Assembly (NCBI GenBank): GCA_951406725.2
Contig: OX597814.1
Span: 223,076,001-223,140,000 of the forward strand
Length of the DNA: 64,000 bases
Origin: Octopus vulgaris
Taxonomy: Eukaryota
Direction of reading: 5' to 3'
Part shown: positions 26,320-40,439 of the stretch, one piece after another
Numbering within the stretch: the stretch's first letter is position 1
Layout: every line of letters starts with the position of its first letter
Translations under genes and position numbers: made by a program
Notes under the pieces: generated by a model
Databases searched by the model: none
Told to the model about the DNA's origin: nothing
Seen by the model: the letters and a program-made list of their open reading frames with translations, nothing else

Positions 26320-27078
26320 ATAAGAAGTGCGTTCAAAAAGTAGCAGACTTTAATCTTCCTGCCAAAGCTAATGCTGTGTAGGCCAAATTCTTTTTGATGA
26401 AAGGTTACACCACCCTTTATGCGAATGTTGAAAGCGGTAAATTTTACGCACCGACAGGACGCGTCAGTTTGCAGTTGTCACGCCGAGAATACGGACGTGT
26501 AGTGTACGGACGCCTAGAATACGGATTTCCGCATGACTCCAACAGAGACCATAAAACCATGTCTTAGCACCTATACTGATGTCCTTCAGTAAGTCTGTGC
26601 TGTGATTTGCACAGTTCAGTATATCCCGAGCAATTTGATGCGGACTTGTATCTGCTGCAGAAATTCTTCGCTAAAATGGAATGCACTCATTCTCTGCTTA
26701 TTCCAGCTTCGCGAGGAATATGCTCCTTAATCGGCTCCTCGTTTCTGTTTGTGGATGGTCGGCCTCAGCGTTCCTTATTCTCCATTCTAGTGCAGCCATG
26801 TTTGAAACGATGGTACCATTGCTTGATCTGAGCCTTGCCCATGGCATAACCGAAAAAGGCTTGCTGAATCTTGTGGATTGAGCTCGAGTATCACCAAGCT
26901 TTTAATAAAACTTGATGTTCGATATCTTTGCTCGATACGTTTGAAGAAAACGAAAATCCGACATGCGTGCACTATACGTTTGTACATTAGACGTAACAGC
27001 TAGGAACTAACACGGCGTACCAGCCTGTTAGCTCCAGAGCGTTTTTCCTACATCGGATAATTTTTTATTGCACCTCGT
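26320..27078 (-). mobile_element. Internally deleted mariner (Tc1/mariner) DNA transposon
   Basis: Imperfect TIRs (AAGAAGTGCGTTCAAAAAGT / TTTTTATTGCACCTCGT). Minus-strand remnant IEQRY..IKF..KLG...AQIKQWYHRFKHG...ER*GRPST matches the mariner transposase HTH region. Confidence 0.75.
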
Positions 27079-27756
27079 CTGAATATTGACACATGCGGCT
27101 CTGGACTCATCGGGTCGTCTATTACAACATCTCGACTGAGGTCCCTAAAATCCGTTTTCATATCGAATTTTAGGTGATATCACCTGAAATGCTCAGAATA
27201 AAAGTAAAGCCGCAGTACAGTTTTGTGATGCATTCGATATTGAAATCAACTAAAATAATATTATTCAAAGCATCAAAGAAAGAGTTAGTTTCAGTACGGG
27301 AGTTTGTAAGAATGAGAATGTCAAATATATATCTTGTAAAGGAAGACTAGGAAGTACAGGCTTTGAGCAGTTGGCCTTTCAAAACATTATGCGAAGCAGG
27401 ACTGAGAAACCGCCTCATCAAAACCAAAGATTTTGTGATGAGCAAGCGTATTAAGAAGACGCTTGCGACTTTGAAATCAATTACCATTATTAGATCATTG
27501 TACGCTGTTTGAGCTATATTTTCAGCAGAACTGTATACTCGTGTCCCAGTTAGTATTGCTGAATGAGGTTAGAATATCAGTTTTTATAAATCCGATAGTT
27601 TCAAGATCTTATTAATGATGAATATCAAGTTGGGGTGGGATCTATTTTAGTTGCATATGGAAGAAGATTCAGTGATAAATAACATATTATAATAAATTGC
27701 AATGGCCACGACAAGTTCTCTAAAACATTAACTGTTTGATCACTTAATCATATACT

Positions 27757-28095
27757 CTTATTCTTTCACTCAGTTTACTTGTTTCAGTGGAACACCGCCT
27801 TGAAGTGTATTTGTCAAACAATTCGACCCCACAACTTAATTTTAAGGCTACTATTTATTCTATTTACGGGGACATAAACACACAAACACCGGTTGTCAAA
27901 CGATGATGTGGGACAAACACAGACAGAAAGACACACATACACACATATGTATACACATGTATATGTATATATGGCAAGGATTTGGTCGGCCCAACACTAT
28001 AGTAGAAGACACCTGACCAAGATGCAGCAGTGGGACCGAACTCGGAATAATGTAGTTGGGAGCTAGCTTATTACAACACAACCACGCCTGTGCCT
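27757..28095 (-). mobile_element. SINE family B, diverged
   Basis: Colinear with 40440-40856, with deletions. Confidence 0.7.
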
Positions 28096-28619
28096 ATTAT
28101 TATGCAACTAATCACAATGCACATTTGTATAAGGTCAACACGTTCATAGGAAATCCTCTTAAACATTAACTGTTTGATCACTTAGCAATAATGGAGCTCA
28201 TATTACGAAAATAATCCTAATACACATTTGCATAATGCCAACACATTCATAGAAAATTCGTATAGTTACTTGCATTGATGTCAGTACACTGTAGATTCTT
28301 CGATTTTGGAGAGAGAGTCAGGATAACGTTGATACCAGGAGATTTAAACTGAGAATGTGATAAATTATTTTAAATACTTAACTAATTTCACCGGCAATTT
28401 TATCATTTCTAATGTTCCACTGTCCATAACTTGTATATATCTAATTTATCTTTCTCAGGAGGATGATAGAAACGAAATAATATTAATTTTATTTTCCGCA
28501 AGTGTGATGAGCACTCAGCTCAGTTAGCCACAGGAGATCACTGATATTTATTAACTCAGAAGAAATGGAAGTATAATGTAGATTACATAGATTTGAGATG
28601 AGGGTGTATATGAACTAAA

Positions 28620-29004
28620 GTGGAGGCACAATGGCCCAGTGGTTAGGGCAGCGGACTTGCAGTCATAGGATCGCGATTTCGATTCCCAGACCGGGCGTTG
28701 TGAGTGTTTATTGAGCGAAAACACCTAAAGCTCCACGAGGCTCCGGCAGGTGATGGTGGTGATCCCTGCTATACTCTTTCACCACAACTTTCTCTCACTC
28801 TTACTTCCTGTTTCTGTTGTACATGTATTTCAAAGGGCCGGCCTTGTCACTCTCTGTGTCACGCTGAATATCCCCGAGAACTACGTTAAGGGTGCACGTG
28901 TCTGTGGAGTGCTCAGCCACTTATACGTTAATTTCACGAGCAGGCTGTTCCGTTGATTCGGATCAACCGGAACCCTCGCCGTCGTAACCGACGGAGTGCT
29001 TCCC
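28620..29004 (+). mobile_element. SINE family A with target-site duplication
   Basis: tRNA head; TSD ATATGAACTAAAG at 28608-28620 and 29005-29017. Confidence 0.9.
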
Positions 29005-29344
29005 ATATGAACTAAAGGTGTACTTATTGGAAACGGTTTACGGCAATGTTTCAGCTATCAAATGTTGAATCAACGATGGCTCGGTAGTGAAAATTACTTC
29101 AACCACTCCATAGAAATGTAAGTTTTTTTATAAATCACTGCTAGATTTGAACTCAAAACGATGAATAATAGAAAGCTCTTTACCAGTATTCTATTATTAC
29201 TGTTTTTCAAAGGCCATCGTATAATTTATAAAACGTGAACGGAAACTATGGAAACTTCCTTTCACATGTATAGATAGGGCTCTTGATTTAAAGAAAAATA
29301 TGTAATTGATTATATTGAAAATGCTATATTAATTGTATATATTT

Positions 29345-29575
29345 GTTTCTTTATTGCCCACAAGGAGCTAAACATAGAGATGACAGACAAGGACAGACAG
29401 ACGTATTAAGTCGATTACATCGAGCCAGTGCGTAACTGGTACTTGATTTATCGACCCCGAAAGGATGAAAGGCAAAGTCGACCTCGGCGGAATTTGAAAT
29501 CAGAACGTAACGGCAGACGAAATACGGCTACGCATTTCGCCCGGCGTGCTAACGTTTCTGCCAGCTCACAGCCTT
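29345..29575 (-). mobile_element. SINE family N with TSD
   Basis: Same unit as 1218-1436; flanked on both sides by TATATTAATTGTATATATT. Confidence 0.85.
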
Positions 29576-30276
29576 GTATATATTAATTGTATATATTCTA
29601 TTGATCATAGTATGTAGAAAGACGAAATCTTCGACGGGGAGATTTGACCTGAAAATAGAAAGAGGAGGTAACTAATTGCTTTGAAGGAGTGTTTCTGGGG
29701 CATTATTTAGTCTATGGTCCATTCGACTATTGAACAGACGAAATAGAAAGCAATTAGTTTTGCGCTCTATCAAGAATAATAATGATATGTTACACATATA
29801 TATCGAGTTGCATTCTGTGGAGTAGCAGTACACTCTATGAAATCGAAAGGGCATTTGAAAGGTACGTATTTAATCGATTACAGTAGGGGTACCTTGAACG
29901 TTATTTAAACTAAAGGAAGGTATTCTGTCTACTGCCTACTCATCTACCAAATCTCCCACCACAATAATGATTTATAATATATACATGTCACAAAAATGTT
30001 ACGAGGAGGCTTAGTGTTGATAAGAATCAGTAAGGTACTTAATTGGAATTCATTTCATCAATATTGAAGAATAAGTTTCAAAGTCGACTTTACTAATTTA
30101 GTCTCAGTTTTGAGGGTAAGATGTTGCGCGATTACATCGAACACAGTACTGTATTTTATTGACCCTAGAAGCAAAGTTGACCCAGTAGAATTCGAACTTC
30201 GAACATGGCGTTTTGTACGCAAGCAAACTTGTTCCTCTCTCGGTCATTTCAGTATGACCTGACCGTTTAATTCAGA

Positions 30277-30837
30277 CTAGCAGCATAGCCCGGCGTTGCC
30301 CGGGTATGTAAGAGGCCCCTAGTAGGCAACGACTAATCCCAATCTAGTCATTTCCCTCTAGGGAACGAAGGCGCATGTGTAGGTTGCAATGTCTTCTCTT
30401 CACTCGCAAATAACTATCAAACAGCTATCGATAATTCAACCCAACCAATTCCTACCAGGAAGAAATTACATTCGAGACTTTACCCCCAACACCGCCACTT
30501 CTGCTGATAGCTGCTGCAGCCGCAAGTTATTTGAATACTTTTGTACATTTTTATACATTTTGGGATACTTACCCGACGTGTTCCGAGAGTTCAAAAAGGT
30601 CGAGTTGCGTCCCTTAGACAGTCTGTAGAAAATGTGTTGCATATAAAAAGCTTAGATTCACGACCCATGTCGAATTTATCGATTTTTTTTCAGCACTGGG
30701 GGAACTTTTCAAAATTTTCGCTGCTTTAGTTTTGAATTATGACATTGGGCTACGTGTGTGTCAAATTTCATCAGAATCGGTTGAAAGCCGTGGTCAGGGT
30801 CAGGGTACAACCTGACAGACACACATATATAGAGAGA
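30277..30837 (-). mobile_element. Non-autonomous Helitron-like element
   Basis: Minus strand A|TCTCTCTATAT...CCCGGGCAACGCCGGG-CTATGCTG-CTAG|T. Confidence 0.65.
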
Positions 30838-31024
30838 TACGTTTGTTTTGTTTTATTTTCTCTCAATCTTTTTTCTATTTTCATCAATTCTTTTGTATTT
30901 TCATCTATTTTTCTGTAGAAGATCATTGAGTAGGACTTCCTCAGTGTTTCCTATGCATATTGATAGAGCCTGTTTTTTGCTTTTTAAAACTATGACACGT
31001 CTTTGTGTCTTTTTTTATTTTTGA

Positions 31025-31066
<42 letters not shown>

Positions 31067-31158
31067 TGCATATATACACACACATACACACACATATAGT
31101 AGACTTTTCCAGAATTATTATGAACTCGTAGTCACTGCAAAAAAACAGCACTATATAT

Positions 31159-31379
31159 CTATTTCTTTACTACCCACAAGGGGCTAAACATAGAGGGGAC
31201 AAACAAGAAGAGACAAAGGGATTAAGTCGATTACATCGACCCGTACTTTATTTATCGACCCCGAGAGGATGAAAGGCAAAGTCGACCTCGGCGGAATTTG
31301 AACTCGGAACGTAACGACAGACGAAATACCGCAAAGCATTTCGCCCGGTGCACTTACGTTTCTGCTAGCTCGCCGCCTT
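31159..31379 (-). mobile_element. SINE family N with TSD
   Basis: Family N unit; CACTATATAT at both flanks. Confidence 0.85.
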
Positions 31380-32224
31380 CATCACTATATATAATATCGG
31401 GTTCTGTGCTTCTCAAAATATTTTGGAAGCGAATACAAATAAATAAATAAATGAATGAATAAATAAGTAAAAAAAAAATCAATACCATGGTCTTTGAAAA
31501 TAACTACTTAAGAATTCAGTGTGCTTTGCTACTTTTAATGCTATTTACGTTCCTGTTGCGTCTATCACCAATGTTATTGTTCTTGTTGTAAATGTTCTTT
31601 TGTTCTCCTTGCTGACGGTGCTATTCCTTTTGTTTCAAGACTACTAAATTTTGTATTTCTGCTGTCTGATTATGTTTCTACTTTTTTTCTTTCTTAAATA
31701 AAAAAAACCTCATTTGCATGTAATTCATTCTTCAAATGCAGCCTAAAAGAAACAATCATGATCTTTTACCGATGATTTGTACTTTGCCTAAAGGTTCCGA
31801 TTTAAGCGAAGTGTATGAAGTAGTTTTGTTCTTCATTCAAACAATAATCGTTCTGTCTCCCGAGAAGGTCGACCCTGATTCTAAATACTTCTTGCCAACT
31901 GTAATGCTGAAGGCAGATTTGTGTTTATATTCTTGCGAGTATACATGTATATTGGTAAGTATTTGCGTGTGGCATATGTGTCTATATAAGTGTGTATCCA
32001 CCGATTTTTTAGTTCCTTGATCCTCAGTCTTATCATGTTAAGTACTGCTGCAAAAGAACGAATCTCTTGTTCAATTTAATATAAGTGTTTTGAACTACCG
32101 CAAGCAAAGTAGAGGCGGCACAGCTGGTGTGTATTTGCCGCAGTTGTCTGCCTTTACGTCTACTCTTTACATCTTCCACCTCCTTAAACTGTTCTTTTTT
32201 TACAAAAAGGAGAAAATACAATAA

Positions 32225-32437
32225 CAATCCTTTCTACAATAGGTATAATATCTGGAACTTTAGGGGAAGTGGCTTGTCGATCACTCCAACCCCAGTGCTC
32301 AACGGGTACATATTTAATCGACTTCAAGGGGTTGAAGGATATGTCGACCTCAGCGGAATTTGATCTCCGAACGTAAAGGCAGACGAAATGCCCAACACAT
32401 TTTGCGGAACACACTAACGTGTCTGCTAGCTCACCAC
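32225..32437 (-). mobile_element. SINE family N, diverged
   Basis: GTCGACCTCAGCGGAATTTGATCTCCGAACG...CTGCTAGCTCACC. Confidence 0.7.
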
Positions 32438-32484
32438 ATCAGTAATAAGAGCACTCAGAGAGAGAGCAAACCTCCGCCAAGGCA

Positions 32485-34370
32485 ACACTAACGTCCTGAT
32501 TTCTTTTATTAGGCACAAGGCCTCTATAAAGATGAGACAACACAAAAACAAAAAAAAAACACACAATACAATGGGGTACATAAAACCACATAACGTACAA
32601 TGAAAAAAGGATTGAATGACTTACCTGCCCCCGCAAGCAGGTAGTTTCATTTTACTGTTTTTATATGACATTTTACTAACAGTTCAATATCTGTCTTGTA
32701 TCTGTAGGTTTTCCTTTTTTTTAAAATAATTACACGAAGTCATTAATTATTCAGTTCTTAATTAGCCCAGTTACCCTCATTTACGCCAAATATGTTATAT
32801 CTTCGAATGCCACCACCGGCGCAACTCATCAAAACGAAACTGTATCTGTGCCACCTCCAACCCCTCGCCAAACAATTCCTCCAACGGCTCTCCCCTCTCT
32901 CCCTCTAGCAGAACTGCCCTCAAACCTACATTGCTCTCGTCGGTTGACAACTTATCTTCGATCACGTTCTTCACGTTCGCCATCTCCTACTCCATCTCTT
33001 CACTTTCCGTGTATTGTATCACACCTGCTAAGTGCCCTCCCTTCGGTACTACAGTCCGTTCCTCCTCACCAACCTCTTCCACCTTTGCTGGCATTTCCAT
33101 CTCTGCACGTCTCCCATTCCCTGTTGCCATCCTCTCTCTTTCCTCCTCCCCCTCTTCCGTACCATCCTTTCCCTGCCGGTTGCTGGTAACGGTTCCTGCC
33201 CGCGCTCCTCGACCCTGTCACCCACCTTTGCTGGCCCTTCATTCTTTGTCTGCACGTTCGCCCTCCCTTGCTTCACACTCGGCGTCTCCTCTCCACCTCA
33301 CCTCCTCTTCCTCCCAGGACTTCCTGGTGGAGAGTCCGCGCTAATCCTCCTCCTCCTCATCCCCCTTCTCACTACTGTACACTGCTCCTCCACACTTCGC
33401 CCCTCAACGGCTGAAGCTCCCTCCTCCCACCACCCCTTCTCTATCTCTTCTCTTCGTGTTTCCGGGGACACTTAGCGTTCATGTGCCCCCGTACTCCACA
33501 TTGAAAGCAAGTAGGAGGTCCTTCTTCCACCACAACTCTCAGTTTCGTCTCATCCGGCAAAATTAACTCCTCAGCAACTCTGTGGAGATCTGGCAAACTG
33601 ATGCGAACCAACTCCTCGATGCCGCATCCCCAGCAGTTCACCTCCGTGGTTCCTGCGATTTTCAGCATTTTGGCACCCTCCTTTGCATTATAGAGGATGG
33701 CTGCGACCAGTCACGCTTCTTCAATTTCTGGGGGCACTCCACCAATCCCACCTCCCGCCACACGTCTGTCACAGCAGGTTGGTAGTAGCACCCATTCAGT
33801 GGATCTCAAAGGCACAGTGGAGTGTTTTATCGCTTCTTCTTCACTCACAAATCATACCTCAACCGTGCCATATTACCCTTCTCTAGTGCAGTACGTCGTT
33901 AGACTTTTGATCTCCTTCAAGCACTCCTCGACCGCCTCCACCGAAGCTACTTCCGCTATTTCTGCAGCATGAGATAGCGCTCAGCATATTACAGTCCTCC
34001 TTTCATTCCTTTTAGCAACTTCCCGAGGCGACGCCAGCCTCAGGCTATCTGCCTCCCTTTCTCAACAATTCTTTGCACATCTTGAAATTCGCGTCGTTCA
34101 GTCGAACTTCTCTCACTTGCAGGACATCCGCGGTTAGACCTTTCCCAGTCACTGCAGCGCAACTTCCAGCTGGAACCGGTCGACTTTCCATAACGAAACT
34201 CTCCACAACTTCACCCACAAATGGGAAAGAAAAATAAAAGTCCACAATAAATTCAATAATTCAGCAATATAACAATTGAGTGCGGCAGACCTTCAACAAT
34301 TTAGCAATAACAAGACTCACATGGAGCGAACACACATCAAATGCAACAGGGAATCAAACGACTCAACACA
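32485..34370 (-). mobile_element. ORF1-only (HAL1-like) L1/Tx1-derived element, unit 1, decayed
   Basis: ~1.9 kb. Disrupted ORF from MESRPVPAGSCAAV through an RRM-like region to a CX2CX4HX4C knuckle (CFQCGVRGHMNAKC) and a charged tail, then 3'UTR and AATAAA. No room for ORF2. Confidence 0.7.
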
Positions 34371-35370
34371 ACACTAACATTTTGATTTCTTTTATTAGGC
34401 ACAAGGCCTCTGTAAAGATAGGACAACACGAAAACAGACAAAACAATACAATGGGATACATAGAAACACATATCGAATGAAATTATGGGTACGATGAAAA
34501 AATGAGGATGGAATGACTTACCTACCCCCATAAGGTAGTTTCATTTTAATGTTTTTAAATGAAGTTTTACTTAACAGTTCAACATCCTATCTTGCATCTG
34601 TTGGTTTTCCTTTTTTTTTCTTTTTAAACACAAAGTCACTATTTAGACCATATATTCCAATAAATCTTCAAATGCCACAACCGGCGGCAACTCATCGTAA
34701 CGAAACCGTACCATTGTCACATCTATCCTTTCCACAAACAACTCCTTCAATCTTTCTCCTCTTTCTCTTTCCAGCAGAACATCTTTCGTATCTTCATTGT
34801 CCTCAATAGGCGCCAATTTAATCTAATTTCGTTCTTCATCTTCGTAATCTTATTTTCTATCTCTACACTGTTATATCTATCGTATCATATGTCTTAGATT
34901 TTTTCCCTTTTGGTGTCATTCTGTTTTCTTTCACCAATCTCTTCTTCTGTTACTGGTATTCCTATCTCTGTATGTCTCTCATTCTCTCTTTCATTTTTCT
35001 TTTTCTTCTGTACTCTCTCCTGCTTGCTAGATGATGGTAACGGTCTCTGCGTTCGCTCCTCACTTACATTTGTTGACCTTTCATTTTTTCGCTGCCCGTT
35101 CGTTTTTTCATGTTTTCCACTCTGCCTCTCCTCTCCACTTACCTTTCTTTTCTTCCTAGGACTCTTTGGTGGTGAGTCTGTGTTACTTTTCTTCCTCTTT
35201 ACCACTGTATACTGTTCTTCCATTTTTCCTCCTTTAAGGTTAAACCATCTTCTTCTTGATGTTCCTTTTCTATCTCCTCCTCTTCGTATTTCTGGGCTCA
35301 CTTAGCTTTCATGTGTCCCCCTACTCCACATAGCATACGGGAGGTCTTCCTTCCACTACAGTTCTCAAAG
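34371..35370 (-). mobile_element. ORF1-only element, unit 2 (5'-truncated, diverged), head-to-tail with unit 1
   Basis: The 3' end TTTTATTAGGCACAAGGCCTCT... repeats 32503 onward; carries RTVVEGRPPVCY and a K/R/E-rich tail. Confidence 0.7.
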
Positions 35371-35609
35371 ACTTAAACGTCAACGTAAGATCGTAATTAT
35401 GTAAAGTAAATATTACAAATAATCCAGAATCCTTGTCTGGTACCATATAAATCCCAAAATCTAATCGGTTCGTGCTAGTTATAAGGCCAAACATCCCTGA
35501 AAGCTTCGTCCCAATCCATCCAGCGGTTCTTGAGATATCTTGTCCATGGACAAACAGAAAAACAAACACGACTGAATACAATACTTGCACCTTCGCTAAA
35601 TCTTTCATA

Positions 35610-35812
35610 CTATAGGCATAAGGCCTGAAACTTCGGGGGAACGGACTAGTCGATTATATTGACCCCAGTGCTCAACTGGTACTTATTTTATCGACCCGAA
35701 ATGATAAAAGGCAAAGTCGACCTCGGCGAAATTTGAACTCAGAACGTAAAAACAAGCGAAATGCTGCTAAGCATTTACTTGGCGTGCTACCAATTCTGCC
35801 AGCTCCCCACCC
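35610..35812 (-). mobile_element. SINE family N
   Basis: CTGGTACTTATTTTATCGACCC...GTCGACCTCGGCGAAATTTGAACTCAGAACG. Confidence 0.8.
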
Positions 35813-35814
35813 TC

Positions 35815-35851
<37 letters not shown>

Positions 35852-36049
35852 CACGAAGAAATGCAACAAGAAGAACAACAACAACTATAATTCCTTAACG
35901 GAAAGAGTTCAAAGTAAACAAATATATAATTTATAGACTTGTTTAAATATATATAAAATGACAGATTCAGAGATAGTGAGGGTTTTGCAGAGGTCATTGA
36001 AAATACGATAATAAAAATATAGATAAATAGGAAACCTTCAGAATTTCAA

Positions 36050-37650
36050 CAAACAAAATTTGCCCATACCAGAAAAAATAACCTCTTCCTCCCGCTATTT
36101 CACGGCTTGTAAAAACATGAAACAAGATGAGTTTATTTGACCCGAGAGTGCAGCTATTTCATTGAAGATTCACTGAGGAACAGGACATTTCTTTCTATAC
36201 TTACCTTCGTTTCCAAGAGAAGACTTCAACGTATTACTGAGGATCACGCCAAACTGGATGTGTCTCACCATCATACAGGCACTTTTAACATTGTCACAAG
36301 AGGAAAACTACTACCTTAACTGGCCGAAGGAAACGTGTGGGCTTTTCGTCAAAAGTCCACTGATCAACAATGCTTGAACAGTGAACGAAGATTTCTTCAC
36401 ACTGCGCTCGCTTTGAACAGGACTGACTCACAACTTTTTTCTCCCTGTAGAGTTTGTTTCGAAACAATAATGGTTACTCAGCCCTGTAACGATGCCACAT
36501 CAATGATTACTAGAATTTATCCGTTGTTCTTGCACCGAAAGTTCTCCGGACGGACAAACTACTTGAAAGTCATGGGTGCTAGAATGTTGATACTCTTCCC
36601 TGCCACTAGCACCCTATAGAATATCAAAGTAAATGTTGCACAGACAACATTGACCAACTAGTTAAAGGCTGTCAGTTCCTGATAATATATTTGAAGCCAA
36701 GCACTCACTCTTAGTTTCCACTTGACGTAGGGTTGCAATTACGTGAAAGAGACGAGTTGAGGAAGGAGGATGACACCTACTCACCGTAAAGAAGCATTTG
36801 TCGATGCCAGAATCTCAGCGTATGTTCGAGCATTAGCATCTACGGTATACCAAGCCTTCTATGCATAGGATGGTGTCAGCAGATGGACCTCCTGAGCAAC
36901 GAATTGCATTCATATCACAAGAAGCGAAAGGGCAGACGCTTCAATCTCGTGGAACCGCAGGAAAGTTGCGGTATCTGACAGTAATATATAAGAGATGCAT
37001 CTGCCAACACTGCTACTCTTTTCAGGGATACTTTCTTCCCAATATATTTGTAGGTGAGTCTAGCCACTTTCCTCCTAACATGACCCAATTTCTCACTCAC
37101 CTAGAGGTCTATATCGAATCAGAAACCAAACGATTTAACATGTTTGTCCGTCCAGAACTCTATGGCTCTGTTTGAAGGCATAGAATTGTTTCTCCAAGTA
37201 GGAAACTGCCAACGGTAAAAATAACTTATGGTGGTTAATTATCGCTTCCATCATTGCGCCTCATTGCTTTTGAATAATGTTGGCCACCTCGATTTTCCTG
37301 TTGTCCGACACCATTGCACTGACATTGCCCACATATACGGGGACATTATCTAAGATTCTTCCATGTCCAAATTCGAACGGAATACAAATACTTACCCCTT
37401 AGGCGAGTGCGCTGATATTTACGGATCAGTTTTGGGCCGATATATCATTGTAAATTATTATTCGACAGGATGTTTGTTCAGGATTTCTAGGGCCTCTTAT
37501 ACTGCAGTACTTTGCTCGTCTATTTTTTGTAGCTGTTTAGTATTTCTTTGACGTGTACTCTTGATCACTCTAGAAACTTGAACAAGATCTGTGGCCACAC
37601 CTGCGAAAGATTTTCACTTTGTGGTACTGGTGTTGCCATGGTTTTAGAAA
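36050..37650 (-). pseudogene. Possible highly decayed Ty3/gypsy pol remnant
   Basis: Minus-strand traces STNAS...GVIL and TLRQVETK.ECLA (RNase H-like), plus a knuckle-like stretch near 37600. Many stops and shifts. Confidence 0.3.
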
Positions 37651-39079
37651 AATTAGTTTGATAGCGGTGGTGGTGATTGCATTGCTAGCGATAGTAATAG
37701 TCGAAGTAGCATTGTTTTATCGCCCTTGGTTGTCATAGCATGGTGTGGTGATGGTAGTGATTTCGTTCACACTATTCACTGGTTTGCTTGCTTATCCTAG
37801 AGAAGTATGTTTTGCTTAAAATCTCAGCAAGAACTCTTTCTAAATCCTCCTTGGATGAAAGAAGGAAAGCTCCTGTCACTTTAGCAAAACAGAGGAAATT
37901 CCCATCATTCTCGCGGTCGATTCAGTAAAATATTGTGGTCGGCGAACAAGTTGGAAGCTTTCGTACTTTCAAACAAAAATTTCATATTGAGAGTGTATCA
38001 TTTGAAAGAACATTTGGAAAATATAGCCTTTCTTTACTCGTGTTTAAGACAAACAAATTATGTCCATGTCAACTATTGCTATCCTTGTCGAGCTTTTGTA
38101 TATTATGCAACACTCTTCTGAAGGTGTGTCGTTAATTTTTCCATGAGATTTGTTTGTGTAGATTCACCAACGTATTTTGCACTTTCTTTTTTTTTTTTTT
38201 TTTTTTTTTTGGCGATTGTCTGCTTTGGTTACTGCAACCTTTCTGTGAGTCAGATCTAGAAATATCTATTTTTTTCTTCAGTATTACGCAGCAAAATCAA
38301 AACATAACTATTTTTAAAAGCACAGACCTTGTTATCTAATGCCAGGAGAGATAATACTTCCAATATGTTCCATAAGTCACAATGAAAAACATTCGTTCAA
38401 GTGGTAATTTAGCTTACTGACCAAATACGAGTTAAAAAATGAAAGTGCAAAAAAGGTGATATTTACGCTGACAGCATAAAATGAAGGTAATAAAATGCAA
38501 CCAAGTTTTTTTTTTCTTTCTGAAACTATCCCAACATATGGATGAAAGAACGAGCGATTATGTGGCTGAGAGGTATTGGGCACGAACGGAATCTCGATTT
38601 AAGCAAATGTGTTTTTCTTTCGTGTTATTAGAATTTATATTAAAAGTCACGAAATATTGAAAAGACACAACGAGACGTAATAGAAAATTCTATTAATATT
38701 CTCACAGTTAAATGTGGTAGTTTTTTGCATAACTATATTAAAAATGTATAAATAAATTTCCTGCAACAGACAATAAAAAAAAAAGCCCCTGTCAAAAATA
38801 TTCAGTGAAAAGAAAAGCTTTAGAATTAGAGATTATAAGAAGATAGTAACAATAAATTTTGCACAACGACAGATAGTCGCTTTTCAAATGGATATAAATG
38901 AATAAAAAATGAGAAACAAAATATTTTTTACAATCATACAATATATAACTGCAAATAACTAAAGAATATATGCAGGATCCCAAATTTGATTCAGTTCGTA
39001 ACACATAGATTTGCACACATACACACATACAAACACATATTCACACATAGGCGCACGCACACGCACGCAAACACACATG

Positions 39080-39114
<35 letters not shown>

Positions 39115-39606
39115 GCACACATATGTACATATAGAGATGTACATGTACGTATATATCTGTATAAAATTCTGGTACTTGTTCGCTCGGTAATCGCTAATTT
39201 TGGGGAGGAAAACAAGCCCAAATCTGCGTTCAAAGAGAAGAAAGACAAATAAACATACATGTGCACACGCACACACACACTCACACACACGCACACACAC
39301 AGATACACAAAAGCACATAATCAAAAATACATACCTATGTGCATGCATATATATATGTATGTATATGTAAATGGATATACATATATATACATATATATAC
39401 ATATATATATGTATGTATGTATATGTGAATATATATGTATGTATATGTAAATGTATATATGCATATATATGTATTTATATGTATATGCATCTATATATGT
39501 ATATATACATATATATCCATTTCTATATATATAGACATACATGCATATATATATATATGCATATGTATGTATATGCGTTTGTGCATATGTTTTTGTGCGC
39601 ATGTGG

Positions 39607-39647
<41 letters not shown>

Positions 39648-40439
39648 AACGATTCAGTGCAACAAAACAGGAAAATATTGCTGTCCTATACTATTACCAA
39701 ATGCACAAAATATCAAAACATGTTAAATGCTCTGAAATAAAATATGAATGGTATTTTTCGTAATCGTTTCTCTTTTATTTTCATGTTGCATTTCGCTTTG
39801 TTTCTTTAGAATAACGTATTTGACATTTGCTGTTGCAGAACAGGGATGAAATAGTGATGGATTATTTTTGCATCATTTTAGTAAATTGTTTTAATACTTA
39901 ACGTTTCATAGCAGTATAATATACTAAAATCTGATATTGCATGAAGCAGATTATCTATCTTATATCTATCTCACTCTCCTACTCTTTCTTAGCATCGTTC
40001 ATGGATGTATCTATATACATCATTACTTATATGCATGCATACAATCATACACACATAAAACATACATATATGAGTGCATACATGCATAATGCATACATAT
40101 ATATATATGCATATATACATACATTATACATACGCATATACTTACGTATGTAAATATGTAAATATGTATGGGTGTGTTTTCATTTGAGTGTGCGCATGTA
40201 AATATAACATATATTTATTCATATATGTACATGCGTAAGTATAAGTAATAAATCTTTTAATGCATAAATTTACCTGAACACAAAGGAATGCAGACACTGA
40301 TAGAATGCAGGTATACGAAATGTGTCTGCTGATAAGCGTTAGAATTCTTTGCGCAGTTATTCACATTATTATATTCATGCCTTACTATGTTCACTTATTC
40401 CTTTCGTCTTTCTTTCCTTCAAACACTATATTCATATCT

